Below, piece by piece: positions 39,172 through 48,567 of a stretch of 64,000 nt of DNA. Position numbers and translations under genes: made by a program. Positions within the stretch are counted from its first letter, which is position 1. Every line of letters starts with the position of its first letter. Origin of the DNA: an uncultured Acidobacteriota bacterium (GTDB lineage Bacteria > Acidobacteriota > Thermoanaerobaculia > Multivoradales > UBA5704); assembly GCA_963770895.1 (NCBI GenBank), contig CAVYRF010000002.1, positions 5,664,001 to 5,728,000 of the forward strand, given 5' to 3'. Below the pieces are notes generated by a model. That model was not told the origin of the DNA. It saw only the letters and a program-made list of their open reading frames with translations, and did not search any database.

Positions 39172-39267
39172 CAAGGTTGTCGTCGTCCTGGATGGGGAGT
39201 GTTCGCCCCCCGGGAGCTCGCCTTCCCAACAGGGCCAGGTTCAGGTGGTCCGACCAGCCCGGCCGAC

Positions 39268-39855
39268 TCAGGGGATGCGATGGAATTCGGAGATCCAGTT
39301 GGTCTCCCACGTCTTGCCACGATCCGGTGAGAATGCCTGCTCCCAATGGGCAGAGTCGCGCGTGATCCTTGACCAGATATAGCGCGTAGTGACCGGCTTG
39401 CCGCGCAGGCTGTAGTCGGCGTAGAAAGTGCCCACACCGTCCTTGAAGCGCCCGATGTTGGGCGCATCCATCTGCTCCAAGGGATGCCGGGCATCGAGCC
39501 ACCAGAGCGCCCACTGGCCGGTTGCGGGATCGTAGGCCCGCACGCTCACTCCCCGATACACACCGTCAGGAAGGTTGAGCACGTTGTCGTCCGCGTTGCC
39601 ATAGCCGTCCATCGTCTTCCACCAAGTTTGGGTGCCATCGAACTCTTCCCATTGATGGCTACCCATAAGGCGCTCCTTCAGGCGCCGATTGTGCACTTGC
39701 CAATGCCCCACACGCAGATCAAAGGCATGCAAACCGCTCAAGTCAGGAGCCGAGCTCGGCTTTGCACCATTCGGCGCAGAGTGCACGCGGACCAGGGATC
39801 CAAGGCCAACCAGCAAGACCAGGCCAACCATCAGAACTGCGCGCAAGCGTCTCAT
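39268..39855 (-). CDS. Secreted DUF1579-like beta-barrel protein
   Basis: Signal peptide; FDLRVGHWQVHNRRL, YDPATGQWALWW and WEQAFSPDRGKTWETNW. Confidence 0.7.
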   Translation of the reverse strand: MRRLRAVLMVGLVLLVGLGSLVRVHSAPNGAKPSSAPDLSGLHAFDLRVGHWQVHNRRLKERLMGSHQWEEFDGTQTWWKTMDGYGNADDNVLNLPDGVYRGVSVRAYDPATGQWALWWLDARHPLEQMDAPNIGRFKDGVGTFYADYSLRGKPVTTRYIWSRITRDSAHWEQAFSPDRGKTWETNWISEFHRIP

Positions 39856-40228
39856 GATTCATATCTCCTCTCGCCGCAGACCGCGGCCGTTGATTCCTTC
39901 AGGTTCAGGCGCTTCGCCACCTGCCGTGTGTCAGGGAACGCCCCAGAGTAAAACGCCAGCGTTTGCTGCCGCCCAGAGTTGGCCGTGGCCGTTTGTGCCA
40001 GTCCAGCCGGGTCAGGCCGGCTCCAAACCAGCTCCCCGAACCCTCTTGCATTCATCCACTCTGCGCCGTGCCTCACGAAACGATCCTTGGCCGGATCAAC
40101 CCGGAAGGCAAGTCAACATTGGCTCTCTGGCGAGCCCACACAATGTCTCTGACCGGCGTGACCCAGCGTCTCCCGCAAATGACCCAGAGGAGCACCACAT
40201 CAAGCAGGGCGGGCTGCGGGCGAGGGAC

Positions 40229-40595
40229 TTTCTCCCGCCGTTGGAGGGGGTGGGCGCCGGTACAGGGATGGGCTTGATTGCAGGCCCGCGCCGGGCGCCC
40301 GGCAAATGCTTGCGATCAAGCCGAGCCGGACCGGCGCCCGTCTCGGCCGTTGGGAGCAAGGCCACCGCCGTTCCGGCCTCGCGCCAGTGTTGACGCGGGG
40401 CCGGAACGGCGTATCTGACGACGCCATGCCTCTGGCGCGGGGCAGATGGGCGGGAGCGGTTTCAAGGGCCGGTGTTGCGCCGTGCACCCCGCGGTGCGAT
40501 CAGAGCAGGCACCAGCACAGCCTTGCCGCGGGGGCATGGCGCTGGAGGCCTTCTCTCGCCGTTGGTGGCGGGCGCCGGTGGCGGGGGGGTGGGCT
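40229..40595. repeat. ~320 bp palindrome-containing tandem repeat, unit 1 plus tail of a preceding unit
   Basis: Similar to 43373-43850; internal hairpin GCCGTTCCGGCC...GGCCGGAACGGC at 40367-40410. Confidence 0.75.
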
Positions 40596-40737
40596 TGTCA
40601 AGACGACGCCAAATTTCCCCCCGCGCGCGACGTTAATTTTCCCCCCTCCCTGGGTTAGTGGACCTGTCCCGGCAGGGACAGGTCTCGGGTAAACGTCAGG
40701 GGCTGTTGCCTTTGCTTCTTAAAGACTGAGTATCCCT

Positions 40738-40943
40738 TCGTCGCCGGGGCTGTGGGAGGGGTGGAAAGCGGCGAGGGTGGGTGGGTGGAGGGCGGGCGCG
40801 TGTGGGGGGCCGGGAGCCGGTTTCCAAGGGTCTGCGGAAACGGCGGACCGGGGGCCGCGGTGGGCGGGGGCCGTGGAGCGCAGCGACACGGGCGGCCCCT
40901 GTTGGGTCCGCGGTTTCCGCAGACCCGGCGCCTTCCATAGCCC
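40738..40943 (+). ncRNA. Putative structured three-way-junction element in IS21 #1
   Basis: Stems GGGCTGTGGGAGG/CCTTCCATAGCCC, GGAAA/TTTCC and GGGTCTGCGGAAAC/GTTTCCGCAGACCC; same layout as 45269-45403. Transcription is not shown. Confidence 0.45.
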
Positions 40944-41102
40944 ATGCTTGCGTTGGGTGGGCGGCGGGGTTGAGAGGACGGCCGGCGCCGTGACCTTCCG
41001 GGCTCGGCACCGAGATCCCCCCCTTCCAGGCGCGTAGCGCGCGCCCGCCACGGTGGCGCGTCAGGCGGTCGATCGTTGCCGGCTCACTTCTTCGCAGCAT
41101 GA

Positions 41103-41915
41103 TCAGCTTGCCTCCTCGACGGAGAGCGCTTCGGCGACGTGGGGCTCGCTGCGCGTCAGCAGGCCTGCCTTGCGCTTTTCCTTCAGCCGGTAGCTCTCGC
41201 CTTTGATGTTGACGATCGTCGAGTGGTGCAGCAGGCGGTCGAGAATCGCCGTCGCGATCACCTGGTCGCCGAAGACCTGGCCCCAGCCGGCCAGACTCTG
41301 GTTGGACGTGATGAGAATCGAGCCCCGTTCGTACCGGCGCGACACCAGTTGGAAGAGTAGATTCGCACCGAGACGGTCCAGCGGTAGATACCCGATCTCG
41401 TCTATTACCAATAGCTTGGGCTGGATGAGCTGCTTCAGCTTTTCCTCCAAGCGGTTCTCCTGGTGCGCCCGCGTCAAGGTGTTGACCAGCGCCGTCGCCG
41501 TCGCGAAGGCCGTGCGGTAGCCGGCAGCGCAGGCCTTCAGTCCCAGGGCTACCGACAGGTGCGTCTTGCCGACGCCGGGCGGCCCCAGCAGCAGTACGTT
41601 GTCGGCGTCAGCGATGAAACGACAGGTGGCGAGCTCGCGGATCACCTTGGGCTCGATCGACGGCTGAAACTTGAAGTCGAAGCTCTCCAGCGTCTTGTGG
41701 AACGGGAAGCGCGCCATGCTCGTCTTCATCGCCGTGTGGCGCTCCTGCTTGGCCGCCAGTTCCCGACCCAGCAGATCCTCGAGCATGTCGGTGTAGGGCA
41801 GATCCTTCTTGCTCGCCTCCTGTAACAGCGCCGGCAGCTGGTCGGCAGTGCGCACCAGTTTCAGGCGCCGAAGCTGCTCTTGGAGCCGATCGATCTGGAC
41901 CGCACCGGCGGTCAT
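41103..41915 (-). CDS. istB: IS21 helper ATPase IstB
   Basis: KTLESFDF, GPPGVGKTHL, DEIGY, ITSN, AILDRLLHH and GESYR. Confidence 0.96.
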   Translation of the reverse strand: MTAGAVQIDRLQEQLRRLKLVRTADQLPALLQEASKKDLPYTDMLEDLLGRELAAKQERHTAMKTSMARFPFHKTLESFDFKFQPSIEPKVIRELATCRFIADADNVLLLGPPGVGKTHLSVALGLKACAAGYRTAFATATALVNTLTRAHQENRLEEKLKQLIQPKLLVIDEIGYLPLDRLGANLLFQLVSRRYERGSILITSNQSLAGWGQVFGDQVIATAILDRLLHHSTIVNIKGESYRLKEKRKAGLLTRSEPHVAEALSVEEAS

Positions 41916-43300
41916 GAGCGCACCTCACTGAGCAGCCCTTCGTAGCGACCGAGTGGCCGGACCTCGACCTCGCCGATCCGCTCGACGTAGGCTGGATCGA
42001 AGCGCGGCGGCCCCATGGCCGGCTCGGGGGCGGCGCGCCGCGGAACCTCCCGTCCTGGACCGTTCCAGCGCGCCACTTGGTACTTGCCCGTGAGCCGGAC
42101 GTGGCGGATGGGATCGACCCCGGGACGGTGAATCCAAATCTCCTCGGACAAAATGCGCACTTCCACCACCGCACCTGCCCACTCCAGCGACACCGGATAG
42201 CGGTTGGACTCCACCGCCACGTAGCCGTCGCGCGGCACGCGCCGGCTCTCGACGCGCTCCCGCGGTGGCGGCGACCGGCGGTCCACCGGGATGAGCCGCT
42301 CGGCCCGAGCGAAGCGCTCCGCCGGCTTCTCATGCGTCGTGCCGTGCACCCGCTGGTCAGCCACCTCGACGCACCAGCCCAAAAGGTAGTCGTTGAGTGA
42401 CTCGAAGCTGGCGAAACGACGACCCGCCAACGCATTGCCCTTGATGTATTTGACACCGCTCTCCACCTTGCCTTTCGTTTGAGCCCGGTAGTAGCGGCAC
42501 AGCTGCACCTTGACTCCGTAGAAGTCCATGCGATCCTTGAACGTGGCGTTTCAGCTCACACGGCCCGTGGCCTCGTCTTTGGCAATGACGATCGTCCGCG
42601 GGTTGTCGTAGAGCAAGCTCTCCGGCCGACCGCCAAAGTGAGCAAATGCCGCCGCATGAGCCTCCAGCAACGACTCCAAACCCTCATTGCAGTAGGCTTT
42701 GGCGAACAACCGCCGGCTGAAGCCCAGTACCATGGTGAACAGGTGCACCCGTACCTGCTGCTCGCCGAGATAGATCCAGGTGCTGCCCCAGTCCACCTGG
42801 CCTTGCTTACCTGGCTCGGTCTCGAAGCGCACCGTCGACTCGGCCGGCCGCTGCGCCGCCCGCCACGACGCGATGTACTTCGCCACCGTCGAGGCGCTGC
42901 ACCGCTGGCCAAGATGCGCCAGCTCACGACTCAGCACCACGCTGTTGAACCCCACCTCCGGGGCTCGCACCCGCAAGAACGGCACCCAACGGTCCAGGAC
43001 ACGCCCCCGCCGCCGACGGTGCTGCACCTGCCAGACCCGCGCCCACCACTTCCGCACGGTCTTTACGTCGAGGCCGAGCTGCCGCGCAATCGCCTTCTTC
43101 GCCACTCCACGCTCCCGCAAAGCGGCGATCGCTCCCCACATCCCCTCGTCGACCAACTCGCCCTCCTGGGCGCCTCCAGGCGCCGCAGAGAGCATGTCCG
43201 ACTCCGGTGCCGGCAACGGCGCCGGCTCCTGCTCCGCATGCACCTCGGCCGCCGGCACGCCGGCCGCCGCCACTTCGCTGCTGCTGCTTGTTTCGCTCAT
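41912..43300 (-). pseudogene. istA: IS21 transposase IstA interrupted by an in-frame TGA
   Basis: RFETEPGKQGQVDW, LGFSR and YDN upstream; TKGKVE downstream in the same frame; stop at 42551-42553 in GRVS*NATF. Confidence 0.88.
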
Positions 43301-43372
43301 TCCCTTCCTCCGTGCGGAGGGGGGGGGAATTTTAGCGTCCAGCATGGGGGGAATTTAGGCGTCTCGCTGACA

Positions 43373-43850
43373 CGGCTTGACCGCAGGCCCGCGCCGGGCG
43401 CCCGGCAATACTGCGATCAAGCCAAGCTGGATCGGCGCCCGCCTCAGCCGTTGGGAGCAAGGCCTGCGCCGTTCCGGCCCGCGTCAGTCTTGACGCGGGC
43501 CGGAACGGCGCATCTGGCGATGCCTTGCCTCTGGCGCGGGCCAGATGGGCAGGAGCAGTTCCGAGGGCCGCTGTTGGCCGCGCCCCTCGCGTCAAGGTCG
43601 TGCTGGTGTCTGGTGTGATCGCGCCGCGGGGGGGCAGCGGCGCTGGAGGCTTCTCTCCCGCCGTTGGCGGCGGGCGCCGACCCCGATGGGCTCGACCGGC
43701 GCGCTCTCGCCAGGCAAGCCCGTGCCGGGCGCCCGGCAATGCTTGCGATCAAGTCGAGCCGGACCAGCGGCCCCGTCTCAGCCGTTGGAGCAAGGCTCCC
43801 GCCGTTCCGGCCCGCGCCAGTCTTGACGAGGGGCCAGAACGGGCAAGCCG
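43373..43850. repeat. ~320-330 bp tandem repeat, unit 2 and partial unit 3
   Basis: Hairpin copies at 43468-43509 and from 43801; shared CCGGGCGCCCGGCAA..TGCGATCAAG and GCCGTTGG(G)AGCAAGGC. Confidence 0.75.
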
Positions 43851-44027
43851 ACGACAGGCCTGGCCTCCGACGCGGGGGGGCCTTTCTCCCGCCTTTCGGG
43901 CGGCCAGGACCTTGCCGAGCTGGGCCAAGGTCTGCTTACCGTCGATCTTGTTCCCCGAGGATGCAGAAGGAGTAGGGGAGGCCAAGGGGCGGCGCGGTGG
44001 GGAAGCCGGCCGCCCTCCGGGGGGCGG

Positions 44028-44804
44028 TCAGATTTGGGCGGGAGATGCGTACATCAGGGAGCCGGGGGTGGTGAGCAGCTCGCCGGTTTCGAGCAGGGTC
44101 TTGAGGCCCGACAGGATCATGGGCCAGCCACCATAGAGCTGCGCGTTGGCGCCTTCGCGCATCTGGTCGTGGGTCACGGTCAACCGGCATGAATCTTTGA
44201 TCTGCTCGATTTCCCAGGTCACTCGCGAAGCGCCTTCACTCTTCACATCGTCGCCCCAGAGAGCGGTGAAGGTCTGCACCAGACGGCGGGGAGGGTCGAC
44301 TTCCAGGTTGTCGCCTTCGCACAGGAGGCCGGGTGCGTTGGGGGCGCGGCCCACATAGTGAGAGCCGGGCGTCCAATCGGATTCGGCAGCCATGCCGAAG
44401 CTGTACTTGCGCCTCAGGTCAGGGTTGGTGATCGCCTCCCAAAGGCGCTCAGGGGTTGTCTTGATGTAGATCTCGAACACCTTTTCCATGGTTCTGCCCT
44501 CCAAATCGTGTTTAAGGTCGCTCAGGCCAGCGGCCCAAGGCTCGGCGTATTTGCTCACCCAGCGGTCATGGACCAACCGGATCGGGACCGGGTTCAGGAA
44601 ATGCAGTTTTTCGCGGCCCCGCCGTTTGGTGACAACCAACCCAGCCTCTTCAAGCACCCGCAGGTGCTTCATCACCCCAAATCGAGTCATCGGCAGCCGC
44701 TGCTCTAATGCGTTCAACGTCACTCCGTCTTCTACGAAAAGCGCATCCAGCAGGCTTCGACGTGCCGCATTTGCCAGTGCCCTGAACACGTTGTCCTCAT
44801 TCAT
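44028..44804 (-). CDS. ArsR-HTH plus SRPBCC (AHSA1) fusion regulator
   Basis: VFRALANAARR, VMKHLRVLEEAGLV..GREKLH; then YIKTTPERLWEAIT, EVDPPRRLV and GGWPMILSGLKTLLETG. Confidence 0.9.
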   Translation of the reverse strand: MNEDNVFRALANAARRSLLDALFVEDGVTLNALEQRLPMTRFGVMKHLRVLEEAGLVVTKRRGREKLHFLNPVPIRLVHDRWVSKYAEPWAAGLSDLKHDLEGRTMEKVFEIYIKTTPERLWEAITNPDLRRKYSFGMAAESDWTPGSHYVGRAPNAPGLLCEGDNLEVDPPRRLVQTFTALWGDDVKSEGASRVTWEIEQIKDSCRLTVTHDQMREGANAQLYGGWPMILSGLKTLLETGELLTTPGSLMYASPAQI

Positions 44805-44810
44805 GCCGCA

Positions 44811-44840
44811 ATAATAGGTGACTAATTAGTCACCTGTCAA
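44811..44840 (-). promoter_or_regulatory. Promoter with perfect palindromic operator for the ArsR gene
   Basis: TTGACA-N18-TATTAT, 6 nt before the ATG; AGGTGACTAATTAGTCACCT (44816-44835) spans the spacer. Confidence 0.8.
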
Positions 44841-45268
44841 CACACCAACGATCCCGTCATGTGAGCCCCAGCCGCAGGCCCGGTCGGCCAGCGTGGCCCA
44901 AACCTGCGCCGCGGCCCATTGGATCTACCCAGCCGCCGCTCCGTTCCTGGCACAAAGAGCCCCCCCCCCCGCGCTAAGGGGCTTGGTGCCGCATGTCGAG
45001 AGAGCGGCGCCGCCAAGGTCCATGTGTTCCGTATCCAGGAAGGAGGCGCCCTGGAGAATTCGAGAGCTTCGATTTCCTGGCACCTCCAAAGAGCTACGCG
45101 GTGCCTCCGCATAAGATCGAGCCACGGTTGCGTATTCCGGTCGAAGGCGACCATGCCCGGCGTCAACTACACTTGTGCGGCGACGACAATTACACCTGTG
45201 CACCGTGGTAGGGGGCGGGGCGTAGCCCCGCGGGCTTTTTCTTGCTTCAAATTCAGGTAGATATCTCC

Positions 45269-45403
45269 TCGTCGTCGGTCCTGTGGGAGGTGTGCGAAAC
45301 GCGGGTGGGAGGACAGGGGGGCGTTTTGCAAGTCCTGTGGGAAACTGGGAGGGGGTGCGGGTGGGGGACCCAGTTTTCCACAGGGCGTCACCTTCCATAG
45401 GAC
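45269..45403 (+). ncRNA. Putative structured three-way-junction element in IS21 #2
   Basis: Stems GTCCTGTGGGAGG/CCTTCCATAGGAC, GCGAAACGC/GCGTTTTGC and GTCCTGTGGGAAACTGGG/CCCAGTTTTCCACAGGGC. Transcription is not shown. Confidence 0.45.
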
Positions 45404-45430
45404 GCGCGCCGGCCGATGGAGCGCCAAGTC

Positions 45431-46195
45431 TCATGATTTCTTGGCTTCGGCGCCGCGGGCGGCTGCCTCTTCGGACCGCATACTCGGACCTGTCATCTCC
45501 AGAATGACGGCGTGATGCACCAAGCGGTCGATCGCGGCGGCAGTGGTCATCGGGTTCTTGAAGATCTGATCCCACTGCGAGAAGACCAGATTGCTGGTGA
45601 TCAGGACGCTCTTGCGCTCGTAGCGCTCGGCGAGGAAGGTGAAGAGCACCTCCATCTCCTCGCGGTCTTGCTGGACGTAGCCGAGGTCGTCGACCAGGAC
45701 GGCGTCGAAGGCGTCGAGGCGCCGCAGCTCGGCATCGAGGGCGAGGTCGCGTTTGGCGACCAACAGCCGTTGAACCAGCCGAAAGGCCGGCGTGAAGAGC
45801 ACTTTGTAGCCGCGCTGGACCAGCTCGTGACCGACGGCACACAAGGCGTGGGATTTTCCCCTTCCTGGCAGCCCAAAGGCCAAGAGATTCTCCGCCCGCT
45901 CGACAAAGCCGCCCTCGCACAGGCTTGGCAGAACTCGTCGTACCTTGGCGGGAAGACGGGACAAATCCAGTGTTGTCAGCGTCTTTTCGGCGGGTAGTTG
46001 CGAAGCCCGCCGCAGCCGATCGAGCTTGCGCTGTTGCCGCTCGTCGAGCTCGAGCTGCGTCAAATGGGCCAGGTAGTTTTGGAAGGGCCATCCTCCCTGC
46101 TCAGCCCTCTTCGCCACCTCGTCGTGGTAGGTCACGAACGCCGGCAGCTTGAGCTCTCGCAGCTGGATCGGGAGGCCCGCTGGCGTCGCACTCAT
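45431..46195 (-). CDS. istB: IS21 helper ATPase IstB
   Basis: GLPGRGKSH, DDLGY, LAERYE, ITSNL and AAAIDRLVHH. Confidence 0.96.
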   Translation of the reverse strand: MSATPAGLPIQLRELKLPAFVTYHDEVAKRAEQGGWPFQNYLAHLTQLELDERQQRKLDRLRRASQLPAEKTLTTLDLSRLPAKVRRVLPSLCEGGFVERAENLLAFGLPGRGKSHALCAVGHELVQRGYKVLFTPAFRLVQRLLVAKRDLALDAELRRLDAFDAVLVDDLGYVQQDREEMEVLFTFLAERYERKSVLITSNLVFSQWDQIFKNPMTTAAAIDRLVHHAVILEMTGPSMRSEEAAARGAEAKKS

Positions 46196-47670
46196 GACGC
46201 CACCTGCGCCAGCAGGGCATCGTAGCTGTGGAGGTCGACGACCGGCATCGCAACCTCTGGCACAGTCAGCGACGTCCGTGCCGGTTGCACCAAGCTCTTG
46301 ACGCGCTCGTACAGCGGCACCTCTTCGCTCAACAGATCCAGCGCCGCCTCTACCTCGGACTCCATCGTCGAGGCGGCCAAATGCAGAATCCGCAGATACT
46401 CCAGGTCGGCCCGCGCCGTGGCCTGCGCGCCGTGGAGCTGGTCGTAGGCGCGGCGAAACGCCGGCGTCGGGAACAACTCCTCACGGTACCGGTACCGCGC
46501 GAAGGCGCCGGGCTTGCGCACCAGCGACCAAATCACGTGCCGGTAGTCGATACGGTGACCGTTTTCGCCGCGACGCCGCTCGATCGTCAGCTGGTGCCGG
46601 CCGCCATGGAAGACCTCCAGCCTGGCGTCGAAGATCCGCACGCGCACTCGCTCGCCCTGGAGCCGCGACGGCACCGAGTAGGCGTTGTGTTTGACTCGGA
46701 TCGTGCTCCAGCCGCTGACTCCAACTTCAACCTCGCTGTACTCGGGGAGACGCTCCACGCGCAGCTGGCGCATCGCATCGAGCTCCACCGTCAGCCGCCG
46801 GCTCCGCAGCCGGTTGGCTTTCTCCGTCACCTGCTCAAGCCAAGACTCGTACGCCTCCTGGCTGCCAAACTCACGGCTGCCCCGCAACAGCAGGTGCTGC
46901 TCAAGCCGCCGCTTGAGGGCGCCGTTGAGAGCCTCCACATCGCCATTCTGATGCTTCTGTCCCGGCTCGATAGTCCGCGGCTCCATCCCCAAATGACGCA
47001 TCAACGCCTCGTATTCAGCGTTGAAGCCCCGCTTGCCCGTCCGCAAATCGTGCGTCGCCGCCGTCGAGTTGTCGGTCTGGTGAAAGTGCGCCACCCGACC
47101 CAGCCGGAACACCGCGGCCTGGACGCCGCGGCGCAGCGCCGCCAACGACTCCGAAAAACACACCGTCGGCCACGACCAATTTGAGTACGGCAGCACGACA
47201 TGGCACAGCTGGTGCGGAAACGCCTCTCCGCCGATCGTGATCGCCAACTCCTTGGCCCAGGTGAAGTCGCTCTGTAGCGCCTCCCCTGGACGATGCTCCT
47301 GCGCGAAAAAGACCTCCTTGGCCGGGCCTTCCTGCGCCCGCCATGCCTTCACCCGGCGCTGAAACGTCCGCACCTGGCCAGGCTCGTAGCGGCCCGGCCG
47401 CCGCGACAGCAGATCCTCGAACAGCACCTTCGCCTCCAGCTCCGGCGCATCGGCCAGGCGCTCCACCACCGCCGGCCAATCCTCCACGAACGGGTCGTCC
47501 CGCGTCCGCCACGACCGCGGCTCCTTGACCTCCGAGGGCACCTTGCCCAGGTCCCGGTATCGCCTCGCGGTGTTGCGGTGCAGACCCGCCCGAAGGGCGG
47601 ACAAGCCCACCTTGCCATGTCGCTCCAGCTCTTCCATGAGTCGCCTCACCTGTGCGTCGCTTGTGATCAA
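46192..47670 (-). CDS. istA: IS21 transposase IstA
   Basis: RSWRTRDDPF, RTFQRR, QEHRPGEALQSDF, HQTDN, NGDVE and YSVPSRL. Confidence 0.95.
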   Translation of the reverse strand: MITSDAQVRRLMEELERHGKVGLSALRAGLHRNTARRYRDLGKVPSEVKEPRSWRTRDDPFVEDWPAVVERLADAPELEAKVLFEDLLSRRPGRYEPGQVRTFQRRVKAWRAQEGPAKEVFFAQEHRPGEALQSDFTWAKELAITIGGEAFPHQLCHVVLPYSNWSWPTVCFSESLAALRRGVQAAVFRLGRVAHFHQTDNSTAATHDLRTGKRGFNAEYEALMRHLGMEPRTIEPGQKHQNGDVEALNGALKRRLEQHLLLRGSREFGSQEAYESWLEQVTEKANRLRSRRLTVELDAMRQLRVERLPEYSEVEVGVSGWSTIRVKHNAYSVPSRLQGERVRVRIFDARLEVFHGGRHQLTIERRRGENGHRIDYRHVIWSLVRKPGAFARYRYREELFPTPAFRRAYDQLHGAQATARADLEYLRILHLAASTMESEVEAALDLLSEEVPLYERVKSLVQPARTSLTVPEVAMPVVDLHSYDALLAQVAS

Positions 47671-48282
47671 GCAGCCTCCTCCCCGGCCGCCGGGGGTACG
47701 AGCCTGCCAACCACTTTACGCGCTGCTTAAATTGCACAGGTGTAGTTGTCGCCAGTGCACAGGAGTAATTGTCGCCGAGCACGACCACCCATTCCGGTCC
47801 AAGGCGACCACTGATTCCGTTTGAAGGCGACCACCCGTTCCAGGCTGAAGGCGACCGTTTTTCGCCTGGCGCCGGAAGGGTGGTCGGGATCACCGGAAGG
47901 GTGGTCGCCATCGAACGGAATCGCCCCTGAAAAGAGCTGCGACGATGAGCAGAGGCTCCTTACCTCTGGCATCCTGGTCCTTCATCGGAGATGGGGGGGG
48001 TGGGATGCCGGCACGGAGAGTGAGCGTGAGAAAGATACGAGAGCTGTTGCGATTGCTATGGGAGTGCGGCCTGAGCCAGCGCCAGGCGCACGGGACAGCG
48101 CAGATGGTGGCAGCAGGGAGGAGGGTGAGGGTGGGTGACCACTCAGGGGACCAGGCGGTCGGTAGACTGGGGCCGAGAGGAATCCGGCAACGGGAACGCC
48201 ATTCGGCAGCGGTCCGCGCCAGCGCTCCACGGCGGTTAGTTTACATAATATATCTTATCGGACGTTGAATCCGGAAGCTAAA

Positions 48283-48414
48283 GGTGGCTGGATCGAACTC
48301 TCCCTCCTCATCCAAGCGACCCCCAGTTCCGGTTCCTTTGGTCCGCGCCCCGACTGCTGGTGGCTGGATCGACTCTCCTGATCCAAGCGCCCAGTTCCTT
48401 TGGTCCGCGCCCCG
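48283..48414. repeat. Two imperfect direct repeats of ~55-70 bp
   Basis: GGTGGCTGGATCGA..ATCCAAGCG..CCCAGTTCC..TTTGGTCCGCGCCCCG at 48283 and 48359. Confidence 0.6.
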
Positions 48415-48567
48415 GGAGGGCAACTCGGTCCCGACTTCGCCTCAGCGTACAGCCAATTGCCCGCCACCTATCCTGTCCGCAGCGTGCCCCCCCTCCCGTC
48501 TGGGTGGGCAGCAAGACGTCATGTTGAGAGGGCGGCAGCGGTCAGCCAGCCGGGTGGATGCGGAGAT

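Larger units (their letters stand above)
40596..43372 (-). mobile_element. IS21 family insertion sequence #1 (2777 bp)
   Basis: IRs TGTCAAGACGACGCCAAATTTCCCC and TGTCAGCGAGACGCCTAAATTCCCC; flanks GGGCT/CGGCT (5-bp duplication, one mismatch); istA-istB inside. Confidence 0.92.
45154..47781 (-). mobile_element. IS21 family insertion sequence #2 (2628 bp), apparently intact
   Basis: IRs TGCCCGGCGTCAACTACACTTGTGC and TGCTCGGCGACAATTACTCCTGTGC; perfect 6-bp TSD CGACCA (45148-45153, 47782-47787). Confidence 0.93.
45129..48090 (+). mobile_element. Remnant IS21 family element #3 (left end plus truncated istA), split by IS21 #2
   Basis: End TGCGTATTCCGGTCGAAGGCGACCA at 45129 continues at 47782 with repeated TTCC..AAGGCGACC motifs; istA-like start MPARRVSVRKIRELLRLLWECGLSQRQA at 48005 is then lost. 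Confidence 0.75.

Noticed and set aside
37380-39270. parS site near parAB
   Set aside because: No TGTTTCACGTGAAACA-like palindrome was seen.
44837-45128. ORF fragment running out of the IS21 #3 end (PWLDLMRRHRVALW...)
   Set aside because: It may be the tail of an IS-disrupted gene, but no family is recognisable.
48283-48414. CRISPR interpretation of the direct repeats here and at 47782-47860
   Set aside because: Only two imperfect copies without spacers; the 47.8 kb repeats are IS21 end motifs; no cas genes.
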